64,000 nucleotides of DNA from Anaerolineae bacterium (GTDB lineage: Bacteria; Chloroflexota; Anaerolineae; Anaerolineales; E44-bin32). Location: assembly GCA_011174825.1 (NCBI GenBank), contig DUEZ01000065.1, forward strand, positions 4,151 through 68,150. The letters run 5' to 3'. Below the pieces are notes generated by a model. That model had not been told where the DNA came from, did no database searches, and was given only the letters and a program-made list of their open reading frames with translations. Both the position numbers and the translations under genes were made by a program. Every line of letters starts with the position of its first letter. Within the stretch, counting starts at the first letter, position 1. Positions 55,562-64,000 of this stretch are shown here, one piece after another.

Positions 55562-57481
55562 TTACGTTTCAACGGCCTGGAGGACCACCGTAAAGGTCGT
55601 TCCTTCTCCCAATTTGGAATCCACCCAGATGCGTCCACCATGATTATCAACAATTGATTTAACGATTGAAAGCCCTAATCCTGTTCCAGGTAAATCCTCT
55701 GGCACATTGCTGGCACGGAAGAATTTATCAAACAAGTAAGGTTGATCGGCCTGAGGAATACCTACACCAGTGTCACTGATGCGCAGGATCACTTGGTCTC
55801 CTTCGGCTTCGACGGCCAGACGCACAACACCATCCTCGGGAGTGTATTTAATTGCATTGTCCAGCAGATTCCCGATCATCTGTCGTAAACGAACTGGATC
55901 ACCGTTTACAAGCGGGGCAAATTCCTGCAAATCCACATCCAAGGTAATCTCCTTCGCCTCGGCTGAGCCCCGCAAACCTTCAATTGCATACCGTGCCAAC
56001 ACCGTGAGAGGTGTATCTTCCTTCGCCATATCCAAGCCGGCTTCAACCCGCCCAAGCTCGAGCAGATCATTTACCAGTTCCGTGATCTGTGTAACGCTCA
56101 TCTGTGCTCGACGGATGAATTCCCCCTGTTGCTCGTTGACCTTCCCTGCACGATCAATCAACTCTAAGTAACCCAGAACAGCGGTGAGCGGTGATCGTAG
56201 ATCGTGTGACACAGTGGTGACGAATTCTGATTTGATGCGATCCAGTTCCCTAAGATGGGTGATATCGTGGAATACGATTGCTTGCCCGACACCCTCGATT
56301 GGCGTCCGTTGAACACTATAAAATCGTTCAGTATCGACTTCAATTTCATCCAAGTGCGGATGCTTTCCCTTGGTGCATAGCAAAGAGACTAGCTTTTCAT
56401 CATCGAAGATCTCGACGACAGGCTTCCCGACCAGTCTCCCCTCCACGCCAAAGATTTGCATGGCAGCACGATTGATCAAGAGCAATCGGCTCTCTGGATC
56501 GGTTACGATCACGCCATTCTCTGATTGTGTAAGGATTGTTTCGAATTTATTACGCTCCACCTCTGACCGCTGGAACAACTGCGCGTTCTCAATAGCGACG
56601 GCGGCGTAATCAGCCATCGCCATCATCATGTCCCTGTCTTCATACGTCAACGACCGTCCCGCCTTACGATGATCAACCCCTAAGACCCCAATCACCTTAC
56701 CGCGCAGCCGCAAGGGCACGTAGATCAACGATTGTACGGGATAAGAAGTCAAGATCTCTTGGGGAGAGCTCTCATCGACAAGTATAGATTCGCCCGATGT
56801 GATCACCTGTCCTGCAAGTGAATCAAGGACATGTAAACGGAATGTGCGTGCGAACTCCTCATCGAAGTTCTTTGACGCTCGCATGTAAAGCTCGCCGCTC
56901 TCGTCGTCAACCAGCAACAAACTCCCCTCCTGAGCTCCTGTAAGTCGGACAGCAGCTTCAACCACAGTGGTCAGGACCTCGTCAAGGTCCAAGAGAGAGG
57001 TCACTGTTCGCCCCACCAGTGTTAAAGCTTCAAGCGCCCGTAAGCGGCTGGCGAGATCCTCAGCACTGGCCTGGGCTTCAGATCTGGCCTCCACCAGCGA
57101 TTCCCAGCGCCGTCGTTCGGTTAAGGCTCGACCAACCGCTGCTAATAAATGCTCGGCTTCGAATGGTTTTGTCAAATAATCTACGGCCCCGGCTCGCAAT
57201 GCTTCCACGACCAAGAACTCTGACCCCTCGCTTGTAATAAGAATTGCAGGAAGATGAGGAAGCTCACGTTTTAGTTGTTGAATTAATTCGATCCCTGTGA
57301 GGTTGGGCATTTGTTGATCGGTGATGAGAAGGTCAGGTTTGATTTCACGGGCGAGGATTAAGGCGGACATACCATCCTCTGCCGATCGAACCAAGTAACC
57401 AGCCGGAACGAGAACGTTTTCTTCAAGGAAGTTCCGAATCTCGCGACTGTCATCGGCAACCAAGATCAGAGATTCACTCAT
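55562..57481 (-). CDS. Hybrid sensor: receiver (REC), GAF, PAS, HisKA/HATPase histidine kinase
   Basis: The N-terminal REC has the phospho-acceptor context LLITDQQMP. A GAF region follows. The H-box is SHDLRSPLT, and the N/G boxes are (LLDNAIKY, DTGVGI, GTGLGLS). Confidence 0.85.
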   Translation of the reverse strand: MSESLILVADDSREIRNFLEENVLVPAGYLVRSAEDGMSALILAREIKPDLLITDQQMPNLTGIELIQQLKRELPHLPAILITSEGSEFLVVEALRAGAVDYLTKPFEAEHLLAAVGRALTERRRWESLVEARSEAQASAEDLASRLRALEALTLVGRTVTSLLDLDEVLTTVVEAAVRLTGAQEGSLLLVDDESGELYMRASKNFDEEFARTFRLHVLDSLAGQVITSGESILVDESSPQEILTSYPVQSLIYVPLRLRGKVIGVLGVDHRKAGRSLTYEDRDMMMAMADYAAVAIENAQLFQRSEVERNKFETILTQSENGVIVTDPESRLLLINRAAMQIFGVEGRLVGKPVVEIFDDEKLVSLLCTKGKHPHLDEIEVDTERFYSVQRTPIEGVGQAIVFHDITHLRELDRIKSEFVTTVSHDLRSPLTAVLGYLELIDRAGKVNEQQGEFIRRAQMSVTQITELVNDLLELGRVEAGLDMAKEDTPLTVLARYAIEGLRGSAEAKEITLDVDLQEFAPLVNGDPVRLRQMIGNLLDNAIKYTPEDGVVRLAVEAEGDQVILRISDTGVGIPQADQPYLFDKFFRASNVPEDLPGTGLGLSIVKSIVDNHGGRIWVDSKLGEGTTFTVVLQAVET

Positions 57482-57548
57482 GTATCTGCGTCACCTTCTG
57501 TCTTAGCACTCGCTCCATATTGATCAAACGGACATAACAACGTGGGGG

Positions 57549-58748
57549 TTAAGTCGAGGGTTTTGATCCAAACGAAGATAGTTCTTCTGATGGATCAGAT
57601 GGGGAAACAGAAGCGACTACTTGAAGCAACGCTTCAAGGTCGCCATTGAGAGTCTCCAAACCAGCTTGGAGATCAGATTCCTCGGTTTCCTCCAATAGAC
57701 GTGCGATCTGGGCTTGTGCTGCTCGTAAGCCTCGGTTCAACCCCGCTCTCCACTCAGCACGCGCTTCAGCGTCCATGTGGGCTTCATCGATCACCTGTTG
57801 CAACCTCTGAGCCCGGGCTTCGAGTGCCTGGAAGAGTCTGGCGTTGACCAGTGAGATCGATGCGTAGTCAGCCACCGCTTCCAGCATGGCTTGGTCCCGC
57901 TCAGTAAAAGGACGGGATTCTTTGCGGGAAACAGCGATGACTCCGATCGACTGATCTCGAACTTTAATCGGCGCGATCAACGCCGCTTCGCCGAAGCGGG
58001 CTAATTTAAACTGGGACAATCCTTCGCCATGAATAGCGAGGGCTTCGCCTGAAAGCATCACCAATGAACTCACACCATCGTCCCAAGGTTGATGCATCTT
58101 GCTTGCCAGGCTAGAGGGTAGATTGCGTTGTGCTCGCAGGAATAATTGTTGCTCTTCTTCCTCGGGCACTAAAACCCAGCCCATATCGGCTTCCGTGACA
58201 TATAGGCTGCCGTCCATCAACTTGTCGAATAATTGCCCTTGATGAGTCGTTGATGTCACCGTCTTCCCGAGGCCGAATAACGTCGTCAACTCTCGCACCC
58301 GCCGCTCTAGTTGTCGGTTGCTCTCCGCCAGTTGCCTTGATAACTTTCCCCGCTCGCGACGCACCCGTATCTCTGAAATCGCCCGTTCAACGGCTGTGAC
58401 CACCTCAGCTTCACGGAGCGGCTTTACCAGGTAATCTGTTGCACCAAGACGAAACGCTTGTATTGCGTCCGCGTCCATGCCTTCTCGGGCCGTCACCAAC
58501 GTTGGCACATCCATGCCCTGCGAACGCAAAGCCACCAATAAATCCTTTCCACTGAGACCCGGCAGCGACAGGCTGGCGATCACCAAATCAGGCGCAAACG
58601 TCACGGCGTGCTGAATTGCACCTGACGCATCGCTGGCCGTCGCCACATTGTAACCAAGCGGTTCCAGAACTTGTCGTGCGACCAGATCCAGCACCTCAGG
58701 ATCTTCATCCACGACCAGAACACGTTCAAGCTGAGCAGGTGTGGTCAT
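57549..58748 (-). CDS. Response-regulator receiver protein with coiled-coil and GAF domains
   Basis: The REC domain reads (VLVVDEDPE...DLVIASLSLPG...YLVKP), followed by a GAF-like region. I recognised no DNA-binding or kinase domain. Confidence 0.75.
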   Translation of the reverse strand: MTTPAQLERVLVVDEDPEVLDLVARQVLEPLGYNVATASDASGAIQHAVTFAPDLVIASLSLPGLSGKDLLVALRSQGMDVPTLVTAREGMDADAIQAFRLGATDYLVKPLREAEVVTAVERAISEIRVRRERGKLSRQLAESNRQLERRVRELTTLFGLGKTVTSTTHQGQLFDKLMDGSLYVTEADMGWVLVPEEEEQQLFLRAQRNLPSSLASKMHQPWDDGVSSLVMLSGEALAIHGEGLSQFKLARFGEAALIAPIKVRDQSIGVIAVSRKESRPFTERDQAMLEAVADYASISLVNARLFQALEARAQRLQQVIDEAHMDAEARAEWRAGLNRGLRAAQAQIARLLEETEESDLQAGLETLNGDLEALLQVVASVSPSDPSEELSSFGSKPST

Positions 58749-58831
58749 ATGGGTATGATAGCATGGAAGAGCATGGGGAGGGAGTCAAATCGCTGTGGTG
58801 ATTTAGACCTAGCATTACTCAAACGTGAGTG

Positions 58832-58941
58832 CAATGAAAAAACTACTTTCGAGGGTTAGGGAGGGGTATATGTGTAGGTGCGGGCTGCGACCGCACCCAC
58901 ATATATACCGGTCCTCTTCTCGCGGTTGATTTTTTTCAGTG
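58832..58941. repeat. MITE-like nested-palindrome element, copy 5
   Basis: It has the termini CAATGAAAAAACT / GATTTTTTTCAGTG and the core GGTATATGTGTAGGTGCGGG-CTGCGA-CCGCACCCACATATATACC. Confidence 0.7.
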
Positions 58942-59034
58942 GAGTCAAACGTTAGAATCATATTAGATTCACCCAGATTACCTTGACGCGAATTCCCAGC
59001 CACCTTTACAATCAGTAGTGAAGGTTGGGTCTCC

Positions 59035-59949
59035 ATGGAGTACAAAGATTACTACAAGATATTAGGAGTAGAGCGGAACGCGAACGAGGAAGAAATCAAA
59101 CGCGCCTACCGTCAATTGGCATTAAAGTATCACCCAGACAAGAATCCGGGCGATAAGAAGGCAGAAGATCGCTTCAAAGAAATAAACGAGGCCTATGATG
59201 TCCTCGGCGATCCGACAAAACGCTCCAAATATGATCAATTGGGGTCTTCTTATCGAGCCTGGGAGAGGACGGGTGGTCAACCTGGGGGGTTTGATTGGTC
59301 ACAATGGGCAAGCGGAACCCCAGGAGGTGTACGCATTGAGGTCGGCGATCTCGGCGATCTGTTCGGCGGTTTCTCCGATTTCTTCAACGCCATCTTCGGT
59401 GGTATGGCCGGCCAAAGCCAGGATTTCACAGGTCGTCCCCAGAGCCGTACCCGCGATATCGAACAACCGGTGAACATCAGCCTCGCCGAGGCATATAACG
59501 GCACTAGCCGGGTTGTCCGTGTCGATGGGCGACAAATCGAGGTAAAGATCCCCCCAGGTGCCAAGACAGGCACTAAGGTCCGTCTCAATCTCAAGAAGGG
59601 TTCCGGACAACTGGAGATGGGCAACCTCTACCTCCTGGTTAATGTCGCACCAGATCCTATCTTTGAGCGTAAGGGGGAAGACCTCTATATCGATGTAGAG
59701 CTCGATCTTTATAGCGCCATTCTTGGATGCGAGACTCGAATAAAGACTCTCGCTGGCGATGTCATGCTCACCATCCCACCTGGGAGCCAGCCAGGACAAT
59801 CCTTTCGACTTAAAGGTCGAGGTATGCCGAAGCTAAGGAAACCTTCTCAACATGGAGATCTCTACGCCCGCCTTCAGATAGAGCTACCACGACGGCTCAG
59901 CGATCAGGAGCGAGAGCTATTCCAACAACTCGCCAAACTCCGCAATTGA
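59035..59949 (+). CDS. DnaJ-class co-chaperone without zinc-finger domain (CbpA-like)
   Basis: It has the J domain DYYKILGV...[13 protein letters not shown], a G/F-rich linker and two C-terminal beta domains. No CxxCxGxG repeats are present. Confidence 0.85.
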   Translation: MEYKDYYKILGVERNANEEEIKRAYRQLALKYHPDKNPGDKKAEDRFKEINEAYDVLGDPTKRSKYDQLGSSYRAWERTGGQPGGFDWSQWASGTPGGVRIEVGDLGDLFGGFSDFFNAIFGGMAGQSQDFTGRPQSRTRDIEQPVNISLAEAYNGTSRVVRVDGRQIEVKIPPGAKTGTKVRLNLKKGSGQLEMGNLYLLVNVAPDPIFERKGEDLYIDVELDLYSAILGCETRIKTLAGDVMLTIPPGSQPGQSFRLKGRGMPKLRKPSQHGDLYARLQIELPRRLSDQERELFQQLAKLRN

Positions 59950-60181
59950 GTATTGTATATGCGATCCGACCACAAATTTAATAATAATGGTGAAGGCTTA
60001 ACACCGGTATGGATTATGGCAAAGACGGCATCCCCACAACACTTGCTATCCCAGACAAAGGGGTTGAAAATATCATCGATGCGACAAGTGAGCACGCCAC
60101 ACATCGATCTTCGCCGACCAGAACCACCTTCTACCCTCGATCTTGCGTCAATGATTCATAATTTCAATCCACGAGGTAATC

Positions 60182-61390
60182 ATGAAATCTCGTTTCAATA
60201 CGACAGTAATCGTTGCAGTAGTTCTGTTTGTAGTTACCACATCTTGCTCTCTCTCCTCCGCGGTTTCAGGAAACCCAACGGCTACTTCGCCGCCATCGCC
60301 AACAACTCAGCAGACTAGAACACCCTCTCAACCACTAGCTATACCAACCACCTTCGGGGAACAACAGATCCTGGCTTCGGATCTTGCAGCGCTTTATCAG
60401 CGCGTCAGCCCCGGCGTCGTCACAATATGGAGGTTTGATACCAATGGCTCGCCGCAGGACCCGAACCTGCCAACCGGGCAAGGTTCAGGTTTTGTGATCG
60501 ATTATGATGGACACATTGTGACCAACCAACATGTGATCAATGGAGCCGACGAGATCGAGGTCAATTTCTCATCCGGGTTGAAAGCTTGGGCAGAATTAAT
60601 TGGCTCCGACACCGATTCAGACCTTGCAGTGCTCAAGGTTGATGTCTTGCAAGAAGACCTTGTGCCACTACCGCTAGCTGATTCAGATCAGGTCAGAGTC
60701 GGAGATTTTGTCGTCGCTATTGGTAACCCTTTCGGCCTTTCAGGCACGATGACGATCGGCATCGTCTCCGCCCTGGATCGCACACTTGCATCCCAAAATA
60801 TCGCGCCAGGAGGTGGTATCTTCACTAGTGGCGATATCATCCAAACCGACGCTGCTATCAACCCGGGTAATTCTGGAGGACCGTTAATCAATTTGAGAGG
60901 CGAAGTCATCGGCGTTAACCAGGCCATCCGCACTGAGTCATTTACCCTCGTAGGCGAATCGGTGAACTCAGGTGTGGGCTTTGCCATCCCTGTGAACACG
61001 GTACAGCAGGTGATCACCTCGATCATTGAATACGGCAGGTATCGCTACCCATACTTGGGCATCGCAATGATGGGTGAAGATTTGTGGAACCTTAAAATAA
61101 TCGAGGCCTTAGGGTTACCCCCTGACGCGGCCGGCGTTTATCTTACAGATGTCACTCCCGGCGGTCCTGCCGAGCAAGCCGGACTCAGAGGTGGCAACCG
61201 ACGGACTGTGGTAGGTGTCAATGCAGGCGGCGACCTGATCATCGCGCTCGACGGCAACCCGATACGACGCAACGGCGATTTGCTTTCCTATTTGATCAAC
61301 AACACACAGGTTGACCAGGTCGTGACCTTGACCATTCTACGAGACGGAGAAGAAATAGACATTTCGTTGACCATCGGCGCACGCCCTTAA
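60182..61390 (+). CDS. HtrA/DegP-family serine protease with PDZ domain, predicted lipoprotein
   Basis: It has a signal/lipobox (VVTTSC) and a PT-rich linker. The catalytic triad contexts are TNQHV, DLAVLK and GNSGGPL. A C-terminal PDZ domain is present. Confidence 0.9.
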   Translation: MKSRFNTTVIVAVVLFVVTTSCSLSSAVSGNPTATSPPSPTTQQTRTPSQPLAIPTTFGEQQILASDLAALYQRVSPGVVTIWRFDTNGSPQDPNLPTGQGSGFVIDYDGHIVTNQHVINGADEIEVNFSSGLKAWAELIGSDTDSDLAVLKVDVLQEDLVPLPLADSDQVRVGDFVVAIGNPFGLSGTMTIGIVSALDRTLASQNIAPGGGIFTSGDIIQTDAAINPGNSGGPLINLRGEVIGVNQAIRTESFTLVGESVNSGVGFAIPVNTVQQVITSIIEYGRYRYPYLGIAMMGEDLWNLKIIEALGLPPDAAGVYLTDVTPGGPAEQAGLRGGNRRTVVGVNAGGDLIIALDGNPIRRNGDLLSYLINNTQVDQVVTLTILRDGEEIDISLTIGARP

Positions 61391-61442
61391 CCTAGATCCG
61401 TAGGTCAAACCCTTCTGGTCACCCATTTTGGGGAGGTTTCAC

Positions 61443-62549
61443 ATGTTTACCGAGCAGAATCTTCAGGAATTGATCTCCTATCGTTCGAAACACCCAGTAC
61501 TAAGTGTGTACCTCAATACAGATCCTTCCGCCGGCTCCGCGGATGCTTACAAATTGCGCCTGCGGCAGATGCTTAAGGACTTTGATGAAATCGTGGCGGA
61601 AGACACAGAAAGCATCGAGCGCTTCGTAGAACATGAATACGATTGGTCCGGTCGAGGTTTAGCGATTTTCTCATGCACAAAGGACGAATTCTTTCGTAGC
61701 TATTCACTCTCTTTACCTGTGCGTAGTCGCACGCGTCATTTGAACCGTCCCTATGTAAAACCCTTAGCTGATCTGCTCACGAATTATGGCAATTACGGTG
61801 TCGCGCTGGTTGATAAACAGGGAGCCCGTCTATTCCACTTCCACTTGGGTCAACTAGGTGAACAACAGGGAACAACAGGCGAGGCTGTACGTCACACCAA
61901 ACGCGGTGGTGGATCGCAAGCTCTCGGTAGGCGCGGTGGCACGACCGGCCAGACGCGCTACGCGGAGGAGGTTGCAGAGAGAAACTTAAAAGAGTCAGCC
62001 CGATTCACGGCCGATTTCTTCTCAGAACAGCGCGTGCGTCGAGTGTTGGTAGGCGGTACAGAAGCGAATGTGGCGCGTTTTATTGATCTGCTACCGAAGA
62101 CTTGGCAGAGTCTCGTCATGGGCTCCTTTCCTATTGAGATGACCGCTGGACACGCACAGGTGCTGGAGAAAGCGATGATAGTTGCCCAGAAGGCAGTGAA
62201 GAAGAAAGAGTCGCGTTTGGTGAGCGCAGTGATTACCGCCGCCGCTAAAGGTCGTGAGGGTGTCATCCGGCTCGACGATACCTTAGGCGCGGTGCACGCT
62301 GGTCAGGTTCAAACATTGATCATCAGCGAGGGGCACCGAGCGCCAGGATATCGCTGTAAGGGTTGTGGCTACTTAACCGCACAGACGCTAGAGATATGTC
62401 CCTTCTGTGGTAACGCCATCGAAAAGATCGAGGACGCCATCGAGATGGCCGTGCGCAAGGTGTTCTCAGATGGGGGCGAAGTCGAGGTGATCCACGATAG
62501 TTCTGACCTCGAGGCAGCGGGTGGGATTGGTGCTCTATTGCGCTATTAA
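61443..62549 (+). CDS. Bacterial eRF1/Pelota-superfamily protein (baeRF1 / Vms1-like release-factor fold) with zinc-ribbon insert
   Basis: The ATG at 61443 is 7 nt after GGGGAGG. The central loop is HTKRGGGSQ (a GxxQ-type motif at the position of GGQ). The C-terminal domain ends GGIGALLRY, as in aRF1/eRF1/Pelota. A CKGCGY...CPFCG ribbon is inserted. Confidence 0.7.
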   Translation: MFTEQNLQELISYRSKHPVLSVYLNTDPSAGSADAYKLRLRQMLKDFDEIVAEDTESIERFVEHEYDWSGRGLAIFSCTKDEFFRSYSLSLPVRSRTRHLNRPYVKPLADLLTNYGNYGVALVDKQGARLFHFHLGQLGEQQGTTGEAVRHTKRGGGSQALGRRGGTTGQTRYAEEVAERNLKESARFTADFFSEQRVRRVLVGGTEANVARFIDLLPKTWQSLVMGSFPIEMTAGHAQVLEKAMIVAQKAVKKKESRLVSAVITAAAKGREGVIRLDDTLGAVHAGQVQTLIISEGHRAPGYRCKGCGYLTAQTLEICPFCGNAIEKIEDAIEMAVRKVFSDGGEVEVIHDSSDLEAAGGIGALLRY

Positions 62550-62585
62550 CATTCAAAACGGCTTGGTGTTTTTCCACATACATTA

Positions 62586-62660
62586 TAGGGGCGGTTCGCG
62601 AACCGCCCCTACAGCATCCACCCGATATCATCGTAGGGGCGCAATTCATTGCGCCCCTAC
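62586..62660. repeat. Two tandem GC-rich hairpins (TAGGGGCGGTTCGCGAACCGCCCCTA and GTAGGGGCGCAATTCATTGCGCCCCTAC)
   Basis: The perfect palindromic arms are separated by ~20 nt. They lie in the convergent gap after 61443-62549. Confidence 0.65.
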
Positions 62661-62771
62661 CATTATTAATACCACCCAATCCCTAGTCCAACGGAACCAT
62701 GGAGAGTTGACCACAAAACGAAACCTCTGAGCCTAAAGCAATGCCCAGAGGTTTGCCACAATCAGATCCGG

Positions 62772-63479
62772 TTATTCGCCAAACAACGAACGCTCAAGGG
62801 AGATCAAGTTGTTGGCGAGAATCTGCAGATCGCGTTGAGCAGCGAAGGTGTCGCTGTCTAACTCATCCACGACCAGCGCCAGCCTTGTTCGTAACCCCTC
62901 CAAGGTATCCGTGCCGACAAGCTCCACGTCCAACTTCTGTAAACGTTCATCCGTACCTGCCAAAGCAGCTTTCGCTGCAACCGGATCTTCCTGAGCCATA
63001 GCCAGCTGAGCCGAAGTTACATCGACCAGCACACCCCTAATAGCCATCTGTTGCTCGGTTTCCGCTAATTCCGCTTGTAATGACACGTTTTCATCTTCAA
63101 GTGGGAGGAGCGATCGTACCTGATCTTCGAGGGTCGTGATCTGATCCTGCATCGCATCCAGTTCAGCCTGCTGGGATTTAAGCTCTGCCTGCGCAGGTCT
63201 CACCCGAATGACCCACATCGCAACGATCCCCAACACGAAAACCAGCATGAAACCAGTTATCCAACGTAAGGCTCGATTGAGGAAAAGACGGAACTTACTT
63301 GGCGGTGGAGGTTCAACCTCCGGTAGAATCTCGGGGAGTTCTTCTTCCAGAAGCTCGGGCTCAATTGGAGGAACTTCGATCTCGGGCTCAATAGACTCAG
63401 CAATCACAGGTTCGCTTTCAATGGCCGAGGGTTCAACCTCAGGTTGTTCATCGTGAATTTGTGAATCGTCTTCGCTCAT
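62772..63479 (-). CDS. Hypothetical single-pass membrane protein: acidic Pro/Glu-rich N-terminus, TM helix, coiled-coil ectodomain
   Basis: The 235-aa ORF has an EPE/PEx repeat region, the TM helix WITGFMLVFVLGIVAMWVI, and then heptad-rich sequence. Confidence 0.5.
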   Translation of the reverse strand: MSEDDSQIHDEQPEVEPSAIESEPVIAESIEPEIEVPPIEPELLEEELPEILPEVEPPPPSKFRLFLNRALRWITGFMLVFVLGIVAMWVIRVRPAQAELKSQQAELDAMQDQITTLEDQVRSLLPLEDENVSLQAELAETEQQMAIRGVLVDVTSAQLAMAQEDPVAAKAALAGTDERLQKLDVELVGTDTLEGLRTRLALVVDELDSDTFAAQRDLQILANNLISLERSLFGE

Positions 63480-63516
63480 CCTACATCTCCTCTAGGTTCT
63501 TTTCCACATCACACAA

Positions 63517-64000
63517 TCAAGGCGTTGGTGTTAGTGTGAAGGGTTGGGGGTTTGTCGCCTCCACCAATAACTTCCAGGCGATCTCCAATTCGTCGGCAGC
63601 AACGATCGGCATTGTTCTCACATCCGCCAGGGCAAGATCAAGCCTTTCGATGATCTGAGTTATTTCATCATCAACTACATTGGTGTCCACCATTGAATTG
63701 GCTAGCAGCTCTCTGGCAGCAGAGATCTCCTCGGCAGCTTGTCCAAGGTTGTCTTGAATCAACCACAAACGAGCCTTCGTAATCATGGTCATGGCGGAGA
63801 TCATCCGCACTTGCCTTCTGAACTCTACAGCAGGAAATTCGACCTCAGAAAGGGTAACTTCTAGCAATTCCACCCGTGCGATGGTCTCATCCAGATCAGC
63901 GGTTATCGCCTCCAACTGATTAGACAGAATCGTCAACCTGGAGATCTTACTTGCTTGATCATCCAGCACTTCCCCAATTCCATCCAATTCTGCTTGTAAT
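63517..64000 (-). CDS. Hypothetical coiled-coil protein, paralog-like to 62772-63479 (N-terminus beyond window)
   Basis: The reading frame stays open to position 64000 (..LQAELDGIGEVLDD..). The ORF-track start at 63987 is an internal TTG. Confidence 0.45.
   Translation of the reverse strand, partial: LQAELDGIGEVLDDQASKISRLTILSNQLEAITADLDETIARVELLEVTLSEVEFPAVEFRRQVRMISAMTMITKARLWLIQDNLGQAAEEISAARELLANSMVDTNVVDDEITQIIERLDLALADVRTMPIVAADELEIAWKLLVEATNPQPFTLTPTP

Noticed and set aside
59953-60318. 121-aa ORF between the dnaJ-like gene and htrA
   Set aside because: It overlaps the better-supported HtrA start (ATG 60182 behind GAGGT) in another frame, and it has no recognisable features.
3623-62660. 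Whether the recurring palindromic repeats form a CRISPR array
   Set aside because: The copies are kilobases apart and differ in sequence. They are internally palindromic over tens of bp and lack regular repeat-spacer periodicity. No cas genes are present.

Overview
This 64-kb window reads like a chromosomal segment of a Chloroflexota (Anaerolineae-like) bacterium. That assignment is an inference from gene content (SpoVS, clpC-radA order, Cheo-type LexA boxes, families of intergenic hairpin repeats) and I cannot verify it here.

The left ~28 kb is an accessory catabolic island, mostly on the minus strand. It holds a MarR regulator, an exported amidase, and a cytoplasmic Mo/W-bisPGD oxidoreductase with a fused ferredoxin/GltD-like flavoprotein. 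It also holds an acyl-CoA synthetase, a C_GCAxxG_C_C protein, an aldehyde dehydrogenase, a GC-rich CocE/NonD hydrolase, a Zn-alcohol dehydrogenase and a five-gene HAAT (Liv-type) ABC importer. The island ends with a corrinoid-dependent methyltransferase system: two URO-D-type methyltransferases, two B12-binding proteins, a pterin-binding methyltransferase, DUF1638 and a GntR regulator. Several gene-fragment scars mark past rearrangements in the island.

The right ~35 kb is core replication, repair and proteostasis. It encodes two deoxynucleoside kinases flanking a nucleotidyltransferase-fold gene, then spoVS, holB, holA, a MEMO1-like protein, a CNNM/CorC protein, priA, dnaA, radA, clpC and rpsA. 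After these come a ChlI/VWA pair, a DEDD-exonuclease/TPR protein, two GAF-containing two-component proteins, a DnaJ/CbpA-like protein, HtrA and an eRF1/Vms1-like protein.

The most interesting locus is a four-gene, translationally coupled operon at 35389-37326 on the minus strand. It encodes a soluble FtsK-type motor with a degenerate P-loop, a 2-TM protein and two small proteins. Its promoter is near-consensus and carries two perfect GAAC-N4-GTTC palindromes, so it is a candidate uncharacterised SOS-controlled system.

At least five copies of a ~110-bp MITE-like nested-palindrome element and several other hairpin repeat families fill the intergenic space. I recognised no rRNA, tRNA or CRISPR array.
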